64,000 bases of DNA, from contig NC_086108.1 of NCBI RefSeq assembly GCF_963921235.1, positions 56,050,001 through 56,114,000 of the forward strand. The letters run 5' to 3'. The notes under the pieces were generated by a model. That model searched no databases, was not told where the DNA came from, and saw only the letters and a program-made list of their open reading frames with translations. This document shows positions 38,273 to 50,950 of this stretch, in pieces (positions within the stretch are counted from its first letter, which is position 1; every line of letters begins with the position of its first letter). This DNA is from Mobula hypostoma (lineage: Eukaryota). The position numbers and the translations under genes are program-made.

Positions 38273-40419
38273 AGTTTTTCTGTGCTTTGTGAACCACGTC
38301 AACTTCATGCAGGACAAGACACAGACCACAGCAATCTCTGTGGGGCACAATCTGGGCCATGGCAACATTTGTTTAAACACTAGTATCAATGAGAAGAGGG
38401 CATGTATTGGGTGAGGGGGTCCTTAATAAACTAGGCTGCTTTCAGGTGCAGCATTTCTTGTTTTAATTACACAGATTTCTCCAAGAGCAATTCTATTTTT
38501 AGGACAACATTATTCTGGTGGTTATACTTCATGAAAATATAGTCGGATGTATACAGCAATACCAAGTAAATTCAGGAATAGGTTTTCTTCAGTTAAATTT
38601 GACTCTAAATCCTGTTCTCATTTTAAAATCTGTTCATAAAAGTTAACCAAAATCTGGTTGCAGGAGGAGAGTGGAAAGTGGTTTTGCTTTGTTGAAGAGT
38701 AATCTGTGCAGTAAGTTCAGAAGGGACAGCGTTCATCCATATTAAACCTAAGAATCAGCTGTCACCTGTCTCCAGCTGCACATGATTGAAAGAGTATTGA
38801 ATCATGGCCATTGTGCCCTGTTAAATTCAAAGTAAATTTATTATCAAAGTACATTTATGCAACCAGATACAACCTTGAGGTACCTTTTCTTGTGAGCAAT
38901 CACAGTAAATACAAGAAACATAGCTGAATCAATGAAAGACCACACCCAACAGAGCAGGCAACAACCAATATATGCAAAACAAACCCTCAAAAAACTCTGC
39001 AAGTGCAAAGAGAAAGAGAAAACCTTATTATCAAAGGAAGGTTATTTCAGAGAGGTGATGGACTGCCATTACGCAGAGCAATCTTCCTACTGGTTGCACT
39101 GATGTTGCTTTGTTTCCAGTACTAAAGTAATCAGGTCGCTTTGCATTCAGCTGAGAAAATTAAACTAAAGATGGGCTGAGAGGAGCAGGGTGTGAATTGT
39201 TAACCAGTCTGTGTGAATAGCAAATAGCTTGTGCTGTACTGTCTGGCGAGCAACATCTCCTTAAACTGAGAAAACTCTCGGGTTGGTACTTGGTTTCTGT
39301 GAAGAATTAATATGTAGGTTATTCAATATTTTCTCCAGTTATGTGGGTGGGATCATTGAACACAAGTGTTGCACAGGCAAAACAAGAGAGCTTTTCATCT
39401 GTTTCACTTATTTAATGGTTGTTTATCAGAGAGGTGTGAAAGGAGCACTGTCACAAAACAGTGATGATGGCTGTCTCTTTGTACCTGCTAACTGACATAG
39501 ATTTCATAAAGTAGTTCACAGTTAACTTACATAATAGGATTTGCTAAAATTGAGAATGATTCTTTTCAGTTCTACTCGTGTTTGTTAGAAGGTATTAGGA
39601 CTTGATCTCCTTCCTCATCCGAACTATCACCTCATCTTCATTCTTTCTTTCCAGGCCAGAGTTAATTATACTGCAAACTCCCAAATTAATGTGCAATTTG
39701 CCCACACTTCTTGTTTTAACTTAGGTTTCTATCCCTTCCATGGTTTGATTCACATTAATAATGATTACAAAAGAGGCATTCTGTCCCTCTTTACCATCCA
39801 TCCGCTTTCAGTCTCTGACATGGTTAACCACTGATGGTCGACTACACTCATGTATTAGTGCCTTTATGTTAATTTGTTAGTTATTTTTGTCCATATATAA
39901 GTTATGAATAACTTGTGTTAAGTCTATGTTGACTTACAGTAAGTTTGGCATGTTTATAGTGTGCAGTGCTGCTGCTACAAAACAACTAATTTTCATGGCA
40001 TAAAATGGGATTATGTATGCCTACCACAACAATAAATTTTCACATGAACACACCACCCTATTCCACTGCCTGTCCACTATCATTTTGCTTGTTGAGACCA
40101 CACTAGCTGTCTCTGGTCTTACCCACTAAAGAGGATCACAAGTAATTATCAGCTATGCTTTCAACTGCAAAACCTCTTTGGAATTCTGTTCATACATTTC
40201 CCATATACCTTTCTTATCCCAGGTTGTTCCTTGAAACCATCTCTTTGATCAACCTTTTCTCTGTTCAGTAATGCCATGTGAAGTCCTGTGAGATACTGTA
40301 CAGATAGACTTCCTGTGGGTGGAAACCACAGCCACCAAAATCAGAGTAAAGTTCCATCACCTCGTTGCTCAAACACCAAATGCATGCAATTGGTATACAA
40401 GTCGATGCATTGTGTAGTG

Positions 40420-42735
40420 AAACTGTAAGGAAAGACTGGCAGACGATAGGGCAAAATTGCAGTCAGTGTAACATGGGGACAAAATCAAAAAGGGCGATTA
40501 GTACAGAACTAAAGGTAGTACATTTCAATGCACGCAGTATACAGAATAAGGTAGATGATCTTGTAGCGCAGTTAGAAATTGGGAAGTAGAACATTGTGGA
40601 CATCGATGACTAGTGGCTGAAAGAAGATCATAGTTGGGAGGTTAACATCCAAGGATACACATTGTGTCAAAAGGACAGGCGGGTAGGCAGAGAGCCTGTG
40701 GTGGCTTTGTTGATAGAAAGTGAAACAAATCCTTAGAAATAGGTGACATAGTATCAGAAGATGTAGAATCCGTATGGGTAGAGTTACAAAACTTCAAGGG
40801 TAAAAAGACCCTGCTGGGAGTTGTATACAGGCCCCCGAACAGTAGCCAGTATGTGGGATATAAATTTCAAAAGGAAGTAGAAAAGGAATGCAATAAGGGC
40901 AATGTTACAATAGCCATGGGGGTTGTCAGATATATAAAAAGAGATGAGAGTGGATATTGGACCACTGGAAAATGATGCTAGAGAAGGAGGAATAAGGGAC
41001 CAATAAATAGTGAATGAATTTAATAAGTATTTTTCATCTATCCTCACTGTGGAAGACACTTGCAGTATGTTTGAAATTCAAGAGTGCCCAGGTGCAGCAG
41101 TGAGTGTAGTTGCTATTATTGAGGAGAAGGTGTTTGGGAAGCTGAAAAGTCTGAAGGTAGATAAGTCGCCTGGACCAGATGGACTACACTCCAGGGTTCT
41201 GGAAGAGATAGCTGAGAGATTGTGGAGGCATTAGTAATGATCTTTCAAGAATCACAAGATTCTGGAATGTTTCCAAAGGACTGAAAAATTGCAAATGTCA
41301 TTCTACTCTTTAAGAAGGGAGGAAGAAGAAAGGAAATTATAGGTAATTGGGAGAATGTTAGAGTCCATAATCAAGGATGAGGTTTCGAGGTATTTGGAGT
41401 CACATGATAATGTAGACCAAAGTCGGCATGGTTTTTATTTATATTTATTAAGATACAGCATAGAATAGGCCCTTCTGGTCCTTCCAGCCACATCACCCAG
41501 GAATCCCCTGATTTAATCCAAGCCTAGTCATGGGACAATTTCCAATGACCAACTAACCTACCAACCAGGAGCACCTGGAGGAAACCCATGTGATCACAGG
41601 GAGAACGTACAAACTCCTTACAGGCAGTGGTGGGATTTGAAGCTGGGAAATCTTGAGTGACAATTCATTGAGGAAATAACAGGCAGGATAGACAAAGGAG
41701 AGTCAGTGAAGGTTGCTTACTTCGATTTTCAGAAGGCCTTTGACAAGGTGTCATGTATGAGACTGCTTAACAAGATAAGAGCATGTGGTATTACAGGAAA
41801 AACATTAGCATGGATAGAGGATTGGCTAACTGGCAGGAGGCAAAGAGTCAGAGTAAAAGGACCTATTCTGATTGGCTGCTGGTGTTCCACAGGGGTTGGT
41901 ATTGGGACAGCTTCTTTTCATGCTATATGTCAACGATTTGGATGATAGAATTGCTAATTTTGTGGCCAAGTCTGCAGACGATGCAAAGATAAGTGAAGGG
42001 GCAGGTAGTGTGGAGGAACACAGTGTCTGCAGAAGGACATAGACAGAATGGGGGAGTGGGCTGGGCAAAGAAGTGGCAGATGGAATATAGTGTAGGAAAG
42101 TGTTCAGTCATGCACTTTGGTAGAGGGGATAAAGGAGTAGACAGGGAGAAAATTCAAAATTCAGAGGTGCAAATGGACTTGTGAGTCCTTGTGCAGACAA
42201 TGATAACTTTCAGGTTGAGTTGGTGGTAAGGAAAGCAATGTTAGCATTTTGAGAGGACGAGAGATTAAAGAGAATTATTCTGGAAATGAATGGGTTAACA
42301 TCTGAGGAACTTTTGATGGCTCTGGGCCTATGCTCACTGGAGTTTAGAAGAATGAGGGGAAGACTCTCATTGAAACCTATCAACTATTGGAAGGCTTAAA
42401 TAGAGAGGATGTGGAGAGGATTTTTCCAATAGTGAGTGAGTGTAGAACCAGAGAGCCTCAGGACAGATGGACATTCATTTAAATCAAAGATGACAAGAAA
42501 TTTCTTTAGCCAGAGGGTAGTGAATCTGTGGAATTCATTGCTACGGACAGTTGTGGAGGCCAATTTATTGGGTATATTTAAAGCAGAGGTTGATAGGTTC
42601 TTGATTAGATAGGGTGTCAAAGTTTGTGGGGAGAAGGCAGGAGAATGGGGTTGAAATGGATAATAAATCAGCCATGATGACAGAGTTGACTGGATGGGCT
42701 ATGTGGCCTAATTCTGCTCCAGTCTTTTACGGTCT
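40420..42735 (+). mobile_element. CR1 LINE (endonuclease and RT remnants), degraded
   Basis: FNARSIQNKVDDL, YRPP, KSPGPDGLHSRVL, YFDFQKAFDKV and the 3' UTR ggcctaattctgctcc. Confidence 0.92.
41432..41645 (-). mobile_element. V-SINE inserted in the CR1 RT region
   Basis: ggagcacctggaggaaacccatgtgatcacagggagaacgtacaaactcc is the reverse V-domain. The (TTTA)n tail interrupts the CR1 QHGF...KSC segment. Confidence 0.8.
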
Positions 42736-43013
42736 AATTACAATAACATGTTGTTCAAGATGACGACATGGAATGGTCACTACACCAGCTTTTTTTTTAT
42801 ACGATATATGCCCAAAAATCTAGTTGATTACTAAGCCGACAATCTTGAAGTCAGCAATTGTTTGTATCCACTGCTGCATGTGGTGATATATGCTAATATG
42901 TATTAAAAAGGTACTGATTCATGACTTAGTTTTTATTAATATTAAACATCATTAATTTGAATTTAAATATGACAACTCTTGTTTAAAAGACAATGTTCTC
43001 TGTTTCCATACAG

Positions 43014-43038
43014 GGGTTCACCAGACAGAGATGGAAGT
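43014..43038 (+). CDS. SGIP1: SGIP1 25-nt microexon: (T)GSPDRDGS
   Basis: tgtttccatacag|gggttcaccagacagagatggaagt|gtaagt. It completes the phase-2 codon of the previous exon and matches SGIP1 GSPDRDG. Confidence 0.93.
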
Positions 43039-43589
43039 GTAAGTATGCAGTTTCATTATTGGTTATTGTGCTGTTTAAATAATCAACCCCCAATATTTGT
43101 AACAAATATAATGTTAATAATGTGGCTGTCTTTGGTAGAATGTTGCTCTGCTTAAAATCTAGTCCAAGGTCTTAGCACCAGTTGGCTCCTAGATTATAGA
43201 CTTCCATCACAAATGTTCTGCAATATGAACTTTACATTAAAAATACAGCAACATCTTTGGAAAGAGAACAGAGCAAGTTAACATTTAAGAACAATCATTG
43301 AAAGGTCTTCCACCTGAAATATTGGTTCTGTTCCCTTCTGATCTGCTCAGGCTTTGCTGGTTTTATTTAACACTTCCATCATCTGCAATACTCTTAGGGT
43401 TAACTGATCAGCAAAGGCATTGGATGTGAAGATAGCGGAATGTTATTTCAAAGAGAGCCTTATCTGCACACTCCTCTGCTGATTTAAGACAGAACCTAGT
43501 GTCCTGTACTGAAGATCTTGACTCTTCTTTTTCTCAGCACCTGCTTCTATTGGCAGGGAGCAGCAGGAACCATGGCAAAAGACACCAAC

Positions 43590-43660
43590 TTGTAAAAATG
43601 TACAGGATATTTATAAAAATGCTTAGGATGCTTGTAGAAATATATAGGATGCTTGTAAAA
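43590..43660 (+). repeat. Imperfect 21-bp minisatellite, about 3.4 copies
   Basis: cttgtaaaaatgtacaggata / tttataaaaatgcttaggatg / cttgtagaaatatataggatg / cttgtaaaa. Confidence 0.75.
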
Positions 43661-43763
43661 GAAAAGGAAGGCATTAGTGAACCAAAAATGCACAATTATT
43701 AATGAGTAAGGAAACAAAAAATACCACTTGCTTTGGGACTGCTGCTATTTCTATGGTATTTTA

Positions 43764-43813
43764 ATGTGAAAAGATTACTATTACCAGACATGTGAAAAGA
43801 TTACTATTACCAG
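43764..43813 (+). repeat. Perfect 24-bp tandem duplication with a 2-nt spacer
   Basis: atgtgaaaagattactattaccag-ac-atgtgaaaagattactattaccag. Confidence 0.9.
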
Positions 43814-44267
43814 TTCTACGCACTGAAGATAAACTATTGTACTTAACTAAATCGTTGACATGTTTGCAATGTTCATTATATCTCTGGCATGACTTGTTCA
43901 TCCTCTAAATTGCAAATTCTGTTTGACTAGGGGACAAACTGAGCTGGAAATATGCTGTACCTTATAATGATGCTGAACTTGAAAAATATTGTTTAAATAT
44001 TAATAAGGAACACACTGCAAAAGAAGAACAGGTTCATAATTACCATCTAGAACACAAAATATAAAGAAGCATATCAGATATGTGATACCTCATACATATC
44101 TTCTAATTTCAGTCTTCTCTGGAGGATCATTGCTGGAAGGGCAGTGTCCAGAAAGACATACAATTGCATACATACATACAGACTAGTTAATGAAGAATCT
44201 TATAGACTCATATCAATTAACACACACTTCAGGTTGTGGGAACAGTTCAGTGATGGGGCAAGTGAAA

Positions 44268-46590
44268 TTCAGTATAGTTGAGGGGTACTTACTATTCCTG
44301 AACCTGGTCGTATGGTCCTGTGGCTCCTGCACATTTTTCCTAATGGCAGCAGTGAGAAGATAGCATGGGCTGGTTGGAGGGGGTCTTTGATGATGGGTGC
44401 TGCTTGCCTGCCCAGTTCTGTGCAGATATGTCTAATGGCGGGGAGAACTTTATCCATGATGAATTGGGACATATCCACAACTTTTTGTAGGAATTTATAT
44501 CAAGAGCATTGATGTTTCCATACCAGGCTGTAACACAACCAATCAATATACTCTCCACCACACATCTATAGAAGTTTGTCAGAGTTTTAGATGCCATGCC
44601 AAATCTTTGAAAACTTTTAAGAAAGTAGAGGTACTGTCATGCTTTCTTTTTTTATGGCCCTTACATGCTGGATATAGGATAGATTCTCTGAAATGATAAC
44701 ACTGAGGAATTTAAAGTTGCTGACAACTCTCCGCCTCTGAAGCCTAATGACAACTGGCTCATGGATCTCTGTTTCCTGCTCCTGAAGTCAATAATCAGCT
44801 CCTTGGTTCTTGCTGTCACTGAATGAGAGGTTGTTGTCATGGCACCACTCAGCCAGATTTTGAATCTCTCTCCCATATGCTGATTTGTCCCCTCCTTTGA
44901 TTCAGCTATGACAATGCTGTCATCAGCAAACTTGATTATGCATTGGAACTGTGCTTAGCCTCACAGTCATAAGTATAAAGCAAGTATAAAGGGGCTAAGC
45001 ACACAGCCTTATGGTGCACCTATGCTGATGGAGATTGTGGAGGAAATGTTGTTGCCTATCCAAACTGACTGGGATCTGCAAGTGAGGAAATTAAGGATCC
45101 AATTGCACAAGGGAGCATTGCAGCCAAGGTCTTGAAGTTTATTGATTAGTTTTGAGGAGATCATATTATTGTATGCCAACCTGTAGTGATAAAGAGCAAA
45201 ATGATGAATGCACCTTTACTGTCCAAATGTTCGAGAGTTGAGTGAAGGGCCAATGAAATGGCATCTGTTGTGGCTCTGTTGTGCCGGTGGGCAAACTGGA
45301 GCAGATCAAAGCTGCTTCTCAGGCAGGAATTGATATGTTTCACTGCCAACTCTCAAAACACTTCACCTCAGTAAATGCAGGTGTTACTGGATGATAGTCA
45401 TGGAGGCAGATTACCATGTTCGTCTTAGGCACCAGTAAACTGAAGCCTGCTTGCAGCAGGTAGGTACCTCAGAATGCGAAAGTGAGAGGGTAAAGATATC
45501 TGTGAACACTCCAGCCAGTTGATTAGCATTGGTCTTTAGTACTCAGCCAGGTGTCCCGTCTGGACCGATGCTTTCCCTGGGTTCTCCTTCCTGAAGATGC
45601 TCCCACATCAGCCTTAGAGACTGAAATCACAATGTCATCGAGGCCTGTGGGAGTTCATGAAGGTGCTTCCATGTTTTGATGGTCAAAGCGAGCATAGAAG
45701 GAAATGAGCTCACCTGGGAGCGAAGCCTTGTTGTCACCTATGTTGCTTGATTTCACTTTGTAAGAGCTGATAGCATTCAAGCCCTGCCACAGCTGTCGGA
45801 CATCCTTCAGTGATTCAAGTTTGGTCTGAAATTGCCAGTTTACACATTAGATAGCTTTCTGGAGATTGTACCTCATCTTACTTAGTTGTCAAACCTGAAA
45901 GCCTCTGATCTGGCTCTTCATCAAACAAGTCTTACTGAATTCCTTGACTATGATTCGAAATGCATTGGAGTGGACTGTTTCTTGTTTCGTGATGGCAACA
46001 TTCAAAATCTCAATTGCTTGATGAATGTTGGCTTTAGGCAGTATGTAAACTGTGGTCAGTATCATGGAAGAAAACTCTTGGTAAATAGAATGGTCAGCAC
46101 TTAATTGTTAAATGTTCCAGGTCAGGGGAACAAGAGTTTGACAAGACCGCCACGTCTGAGCACCACAAAGGGTTTATTATGAAACACAGACCTTTTGTCT
46201 TGCCCAAATCAGCAGTCTGGTCCATCCTGTGTATTGAGAAGCCTTTGGTTCTTACTGACCTATCTGATGTGTCCAGAGTGAGCCACATCCCTGTGAAACA
46301 CAGAACACAACAATTCCTCATTTCCCTCCAATACAGTAATCTTGCCCTTAGGCCCTCAGTTTTGTTCTCCAGTGACTGTACATTTGCTAAAATGATGCTG
46401 AGTAAAGGAACTTTAGTTGTTTGACACCTCAGTCTAGCTCGGAGTCCTCCTCCTCCCTCTCTTCTGGCAATGGGAATGTACCTTTGTCCACTTAAAGATG
46501 CTGTACTTGCATGTTTGAGAGTTATGTCTGCTGAGTCCTTCAGAAGATTGTGAATTTGCTAGTTCATTAAAATGGTTTATAGTACGTTGC
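44268..46590 (-). mobile_element. Long Rex1/Babar LINE (endonuclease and RT), degraded
   Basis: Reverse-strand CVLCFTGMWL, GLCFIINPLWCSDV, LQFAHRHNRATTDAISLALH, KFADD, TKELIIDFR, LTNFYRCVVESIL and IIKDPLQPAHAIFSLLP. Confidence 0.92.
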
Positions 46591-47043
46591 TTAAAGCAGT
46601 TGACTTGGTCATTGTTAGTGTACTAGTATGTATATGCCTATGGTCTATGAATCACAATACTTTTGTCAACAAGCAGTCTGAAACATTTATCATTCACGAA
46701 AGAGCAGCATATGCATCGAAGCCAAGAAATAAAAAGGCAGACTGAAGATTTTATTTTGATAAGCTAATGCATGCCAACTTGCTCCAAAGACATAAACTGA
46801 TCCCATCTCCATAAAGGACAATGTCTTACACCACTGGATGATAGAACACTTGCTTGCTTGGGGCACTCTTCCAATGATCATTAAATAAGTTGTGGTTATT
46901 TATATATGTATATAAAATGCTGTGTAGGAAGACTGTATCATCACTGTAAGTGTACAGATTTGCCACTCTTGCCCATTTTAATAGTTTAGGTTTTGGAGCA
47001 TAGAAAACACCAATAACATCCTTTTATTTCTAATCTTCAACAG

Positions 47044-47100
47044 AAGAAGACTAATGGTGCTCCAAATGGATTTTATGCAGAAATCGACTGGGAGCGATAT
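47044..47100 (+). CDS. SGIP1: SGIP1 57-nt exon: [19 protein letters not shown]
   Basis: ctaatcttcaacag| acceptor, |gtaagt donor, phase 0/0. Matches SGIP1 [19 protein letters not shown]. Confidence 0.95.
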
Positions 47101-48249
47101 GTAAGTGTAAATATTCTTCTATTTTAAGTACAGAATACTTTTGTTGAATACCTTATTTTACTTGAAGTTTTTCAGTAATCTTTTCACAAGAATCTCATTG
47201 TTAAGGAAATACTGGCAAGTATTAATTTTTAACAACATTTAGACAAGCTTCGTTTTATCAGAAATGAGCTACTGTAACAATTACCATAATCCTACAGGAT
47301 CAGATGGCACCACTGTAAACTTGCAAAACTTTTTGCGTACTGAGTGGCTGGGAGGTAGGGAGGAGGTGCAGAGGAGCACGATGTAATCCCACAGCCAGGC
47401 TTACTGCAACTTGAGGCATACTAAGATATTTATTTATTATGAAGCTGATTATTGTGTTTCCTTAGATTTCCAGCCAATAGATAATATTTACATGTAATTG
47501 GTTACATTAGAACTTGATTAACTATTGTATTAGTGGATATGGGCAGAAGTATCAACTGAGGCTCAATTAATTAAATCAGTGGTTATTCCATATCATGCAT
47601 GATATCAAAGCAATTTCATCTATTATTTTAATAGGGTACACATACCAATATACTAAACGCAAACGCTTTGAAAGAACCCTCTAGAAGTGCACATACATCT
47701 CATTATCTGTGTTACACTCACTCATCAATTTTATTACCTCATCAAAAAAATATTAAGTTGTTTTTTTAAAAGCGTACTTAAACCCATGCTTACTTGCTCT
47801 AATTCAGCCATTTTACCCCAGGTGACTATTGACCCTGTCCTGGATCAATGCTTCTAAATATTTCCCAACATTGTGTTTAACTGCTTTGCCTACAGTTGCT
47901 AGACTTATCTTTTCTCCCTTTTTTGAATATTAGCTACTATCCAATTCTCTGCACCCCTCTCCCTATCTCCCAAGCTCTGAGGATACAAAACATAGTGAAA
48001 GTTTACAGTTAGTGCCACCTCAAGTTCCTCTCCAAAGTCCCTAAATTCTATCCAGTGCTGATGGCCGATTGACTTTATTGCTTCAGTAATGATCACGACT
48101 TGCTGCTCAATCAAAAAGCCTGATCACTTCATCCCATTCCAGTGTATGATAGATATCAGCTTGGACTTGTAAAAGGCTTCCAAGAAAATGCCACAATAAA
48201 CTTGTTTACAAAATTAAAGTTATGGACAGGGACATCATTAAGGCCTGTA

Positions 48250-48650
48250 CTAACTAGAATTCAGAACAATTCATTGAAACCTATCGAATGGTGAAAGGCC
48301 TTGAAAGAGTGGATGTGGAGAGGATGTTTTCTATGGTAGGACAGTCTAAGACCTGAGGACACAGCCTCAGAATAGAGGGGTGTCCTTTTAGAATGGAGAT
48401 GAGAAGGAAGTTCTTTAGACAGAGAGTGGTGAATCTATGGAATTGTTTGCCACAGGCAGCTGAGGAAGCCAAGTCTTTATGTATATTAAAAGGTAGAAGT
48501 TGATAGATTCTTGATTGGTCAGGGCATGAATGGATATGGGAAGAAGGCAGGAGATTGGGGCTGAGAGGAAAATTGGATCAGCCATGATGAAATGGCGGAG
48601 CAGTCTCAAAGGGCCCAATGGCTTAATTCTGCTCCTGTATCTTATGGTTT
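48250..48650 (+). mobile_element. CR1 3' end
   Basis: IETYRMVKGLERVDVERMF...FFRQRVVNLWNCLP and the 3' UTR ending cctgtatcttatgg. Confidence 0.88.
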
Positions 48651-48700
48651 TATAATAAATATGATTAGTTAAGAGGCTAAAAGCAATTTAACATGATGGA

Positions 48701-48939
48701 AACACGAGGAAATCTGCAGATTGTGGAATTTCAAGCAACACACAAAAACGTTGCTGATGAACGCAGCAGGTCAGACAGCATCTCTAGGAAAAGGTACAGT
48801 CAACGTTTCGGGCCGAGACCCTTCGTCAGGATATCATTCGTCCTGACGAAGGGTCTCAGCCCGAAATGTCGACTGTACCTCTTCCTAGAGATGCTGCCTG
48901 ACCTGCCACGTTCACCAGCAACTTTTTTGTGTATTGCTT
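48701..48939. mobile_element. Penelope fold-back insertion with about 99-bp arms, a 9-nt loop and back-to-back hammerhead cores
   Basis: Arms 48733-48831 and 48841-48939. TSD ttaacatgatgga / ttaacgtgatgga (48688-48700 and 48938-48950). Confidence 0.92.
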
Positions 48940-50660
48940 AACGTGATGGATTTGTTTTTCTAGATTGAAAATGTGACTCAAACAATTAAATTACAAACAC
49001 AGATTCCACAGTTACAGCTTTAAATTAATAAAACAATGCTTTTAAAGGTGTCGCTGGAATAGAGAGAACAGGGATTTGCATCTGTAAATTTCTGAAGTTG
49101 TCAGGACAAGTTACAAAGGCTGTTCAAGAAAATAAAAGTGATTAGAATTTTATTAATAGAATACAAAACTCTGCTTAGGTCTCAGTGCCATCCAAAAGAG
49201 TATTTAGATCAGGACAACACATTACCTTGATGCAGGAGAGGTTTATTGAGGACAACACCAGGGAAGAAGAACTGCAGTTGGATGGATAGCAGAATACTGA
49301 GGTTGTTCTCAGAGCAGGAATGGTTGGAAGAGGCTTTGTACCATTTGATGAAATAAGAAAAAGCCACTTCAATAGCACAATGATTGGTAATCAACAATCT
49401 TAAAGTTAAGCAGATTATCAAGAGAACCAGAGATAAAGTTAGAAGAATTGCTGTGATCTGAAATGCTGGCCTTTCTGAAAGTGCTTCTAGTCTGGCAGAT
49501 TGGTGAAAAGAATTTTAATTACAACTTTCAAAAAGAATTTAATAATATTTAAACATAATTTTTATGGGATCATAAGGAAAGAACAAAGTAGAACTAATTG
49601 TGTGGCTCTTCCAAAGAGCTATGCAGAGTGCATCAAATATTTTTTTTCTGTAATGTAACGTTCTATGACATGATAATTTCTATTCCATTGAGTTTAATTT
49701 TTCTCTTTCATCTGTACCACTCAAAACTAAATTAAACATTTCAAACCAACTCCAATCAACAGGATATTGAGAAATTGAAATGATAATATAAATGGGATGA
49801 ACTACATTTCAGGGAATTGGATCCATTTCTTATAGAACATAGAACAGTTCAGCACAGTGCAGGCCCTTTGGGTCGTAAAGTGCCGATTTTTTAACCTACA
49901 GCATTTGAAGTTGAAGGAGGTGGATTTCAGTGTCACTCATTTATATCTACAACATAGATAAAGTAAGCAATTAATTTCTACCTCAATATGTCTCACCCAG
50001 AAGTTTCTATGAATATCATTGGCCACAATTTCTCTGAAACCTGTGAATGGGTTTGCAATGACATGCTTCCAGTTAACATTTCTCATTGTGCAGTTGGTCA
50101 TTTTACATTCATACTTGTGCTAAGGTGCTGGATTCAGTTCAAAGTGTTAATAGTCATTACCTATGTACAATATATCCACTTGCAACTAAATTAAGTTATT
50201 ACTATTTAAGAATCATGCTTCCTTGCTTAAAGGTTAAAACCTGGCAACATACTGAAACAAACCAAACCAAAAGCACTATGTAAATATTATACTTTCAACT
50301 AATCTGATTAACTATCTCATTACCAAAAACACTGTAAAGAGTGGGAAAGAGCTTGTTCATATCAGCATTTCTTGAAAAGAACAACTTTTATGGTGCAGTG
50401 TGGGACGTCAAATAAGAATTCAGAATAAATTTCCTGTAAATTGAGTGAAGGGGATGGATTGATTGAGGATGGGGACATAGGGATGATGTCACCATGTACG
50501 GGAAAGCAAAGATATAAAGAGTGCATTTAAATTATTAAACTGGTAGAGCCAGTGCATTTCAGAGAGACAGCCAAATATTTAAGAATAATTGTATGCAAAG
50601 GCATGTCTCCAACTTATCTGTCCCATTTAAGGTTTTCACATTTATAGATTCCAAAATGTG

Positions 50661-50950
50661 CATAGAAACATAGAAAACCTACAGCACGATACAGGCCCTT
50701 CGGCCCACAAAGCTGTGCCTAACATGTCCCTACCTAAAAATTACCTAGGGTTACCCGTAGCCCTCTATTTTTCTGAGCTCCATGTACCTGTCCAGGAGTC
50801 TCTTAAAAGACGCTATCATATCCGTCTCCACCACTGTCGCCGGCAGCCCATTCCACACACTCACCACTCTCTGTGTAAAAAACGTAACACTGACATCTCC
50901 TCTGCGCCTACGTCCAAGCACCTTAAAACTGTCCGCTCTCGTGCTAAGCA
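50661..50950 (-). mobile_element. Young CR1 3' end (same family as 23760 and 33717)
   Basis: catagaaacatagaaaacctacagc tail. ORF 50751..50951 has FFTQRVVSVWNGLP. Confidence 0.92.
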
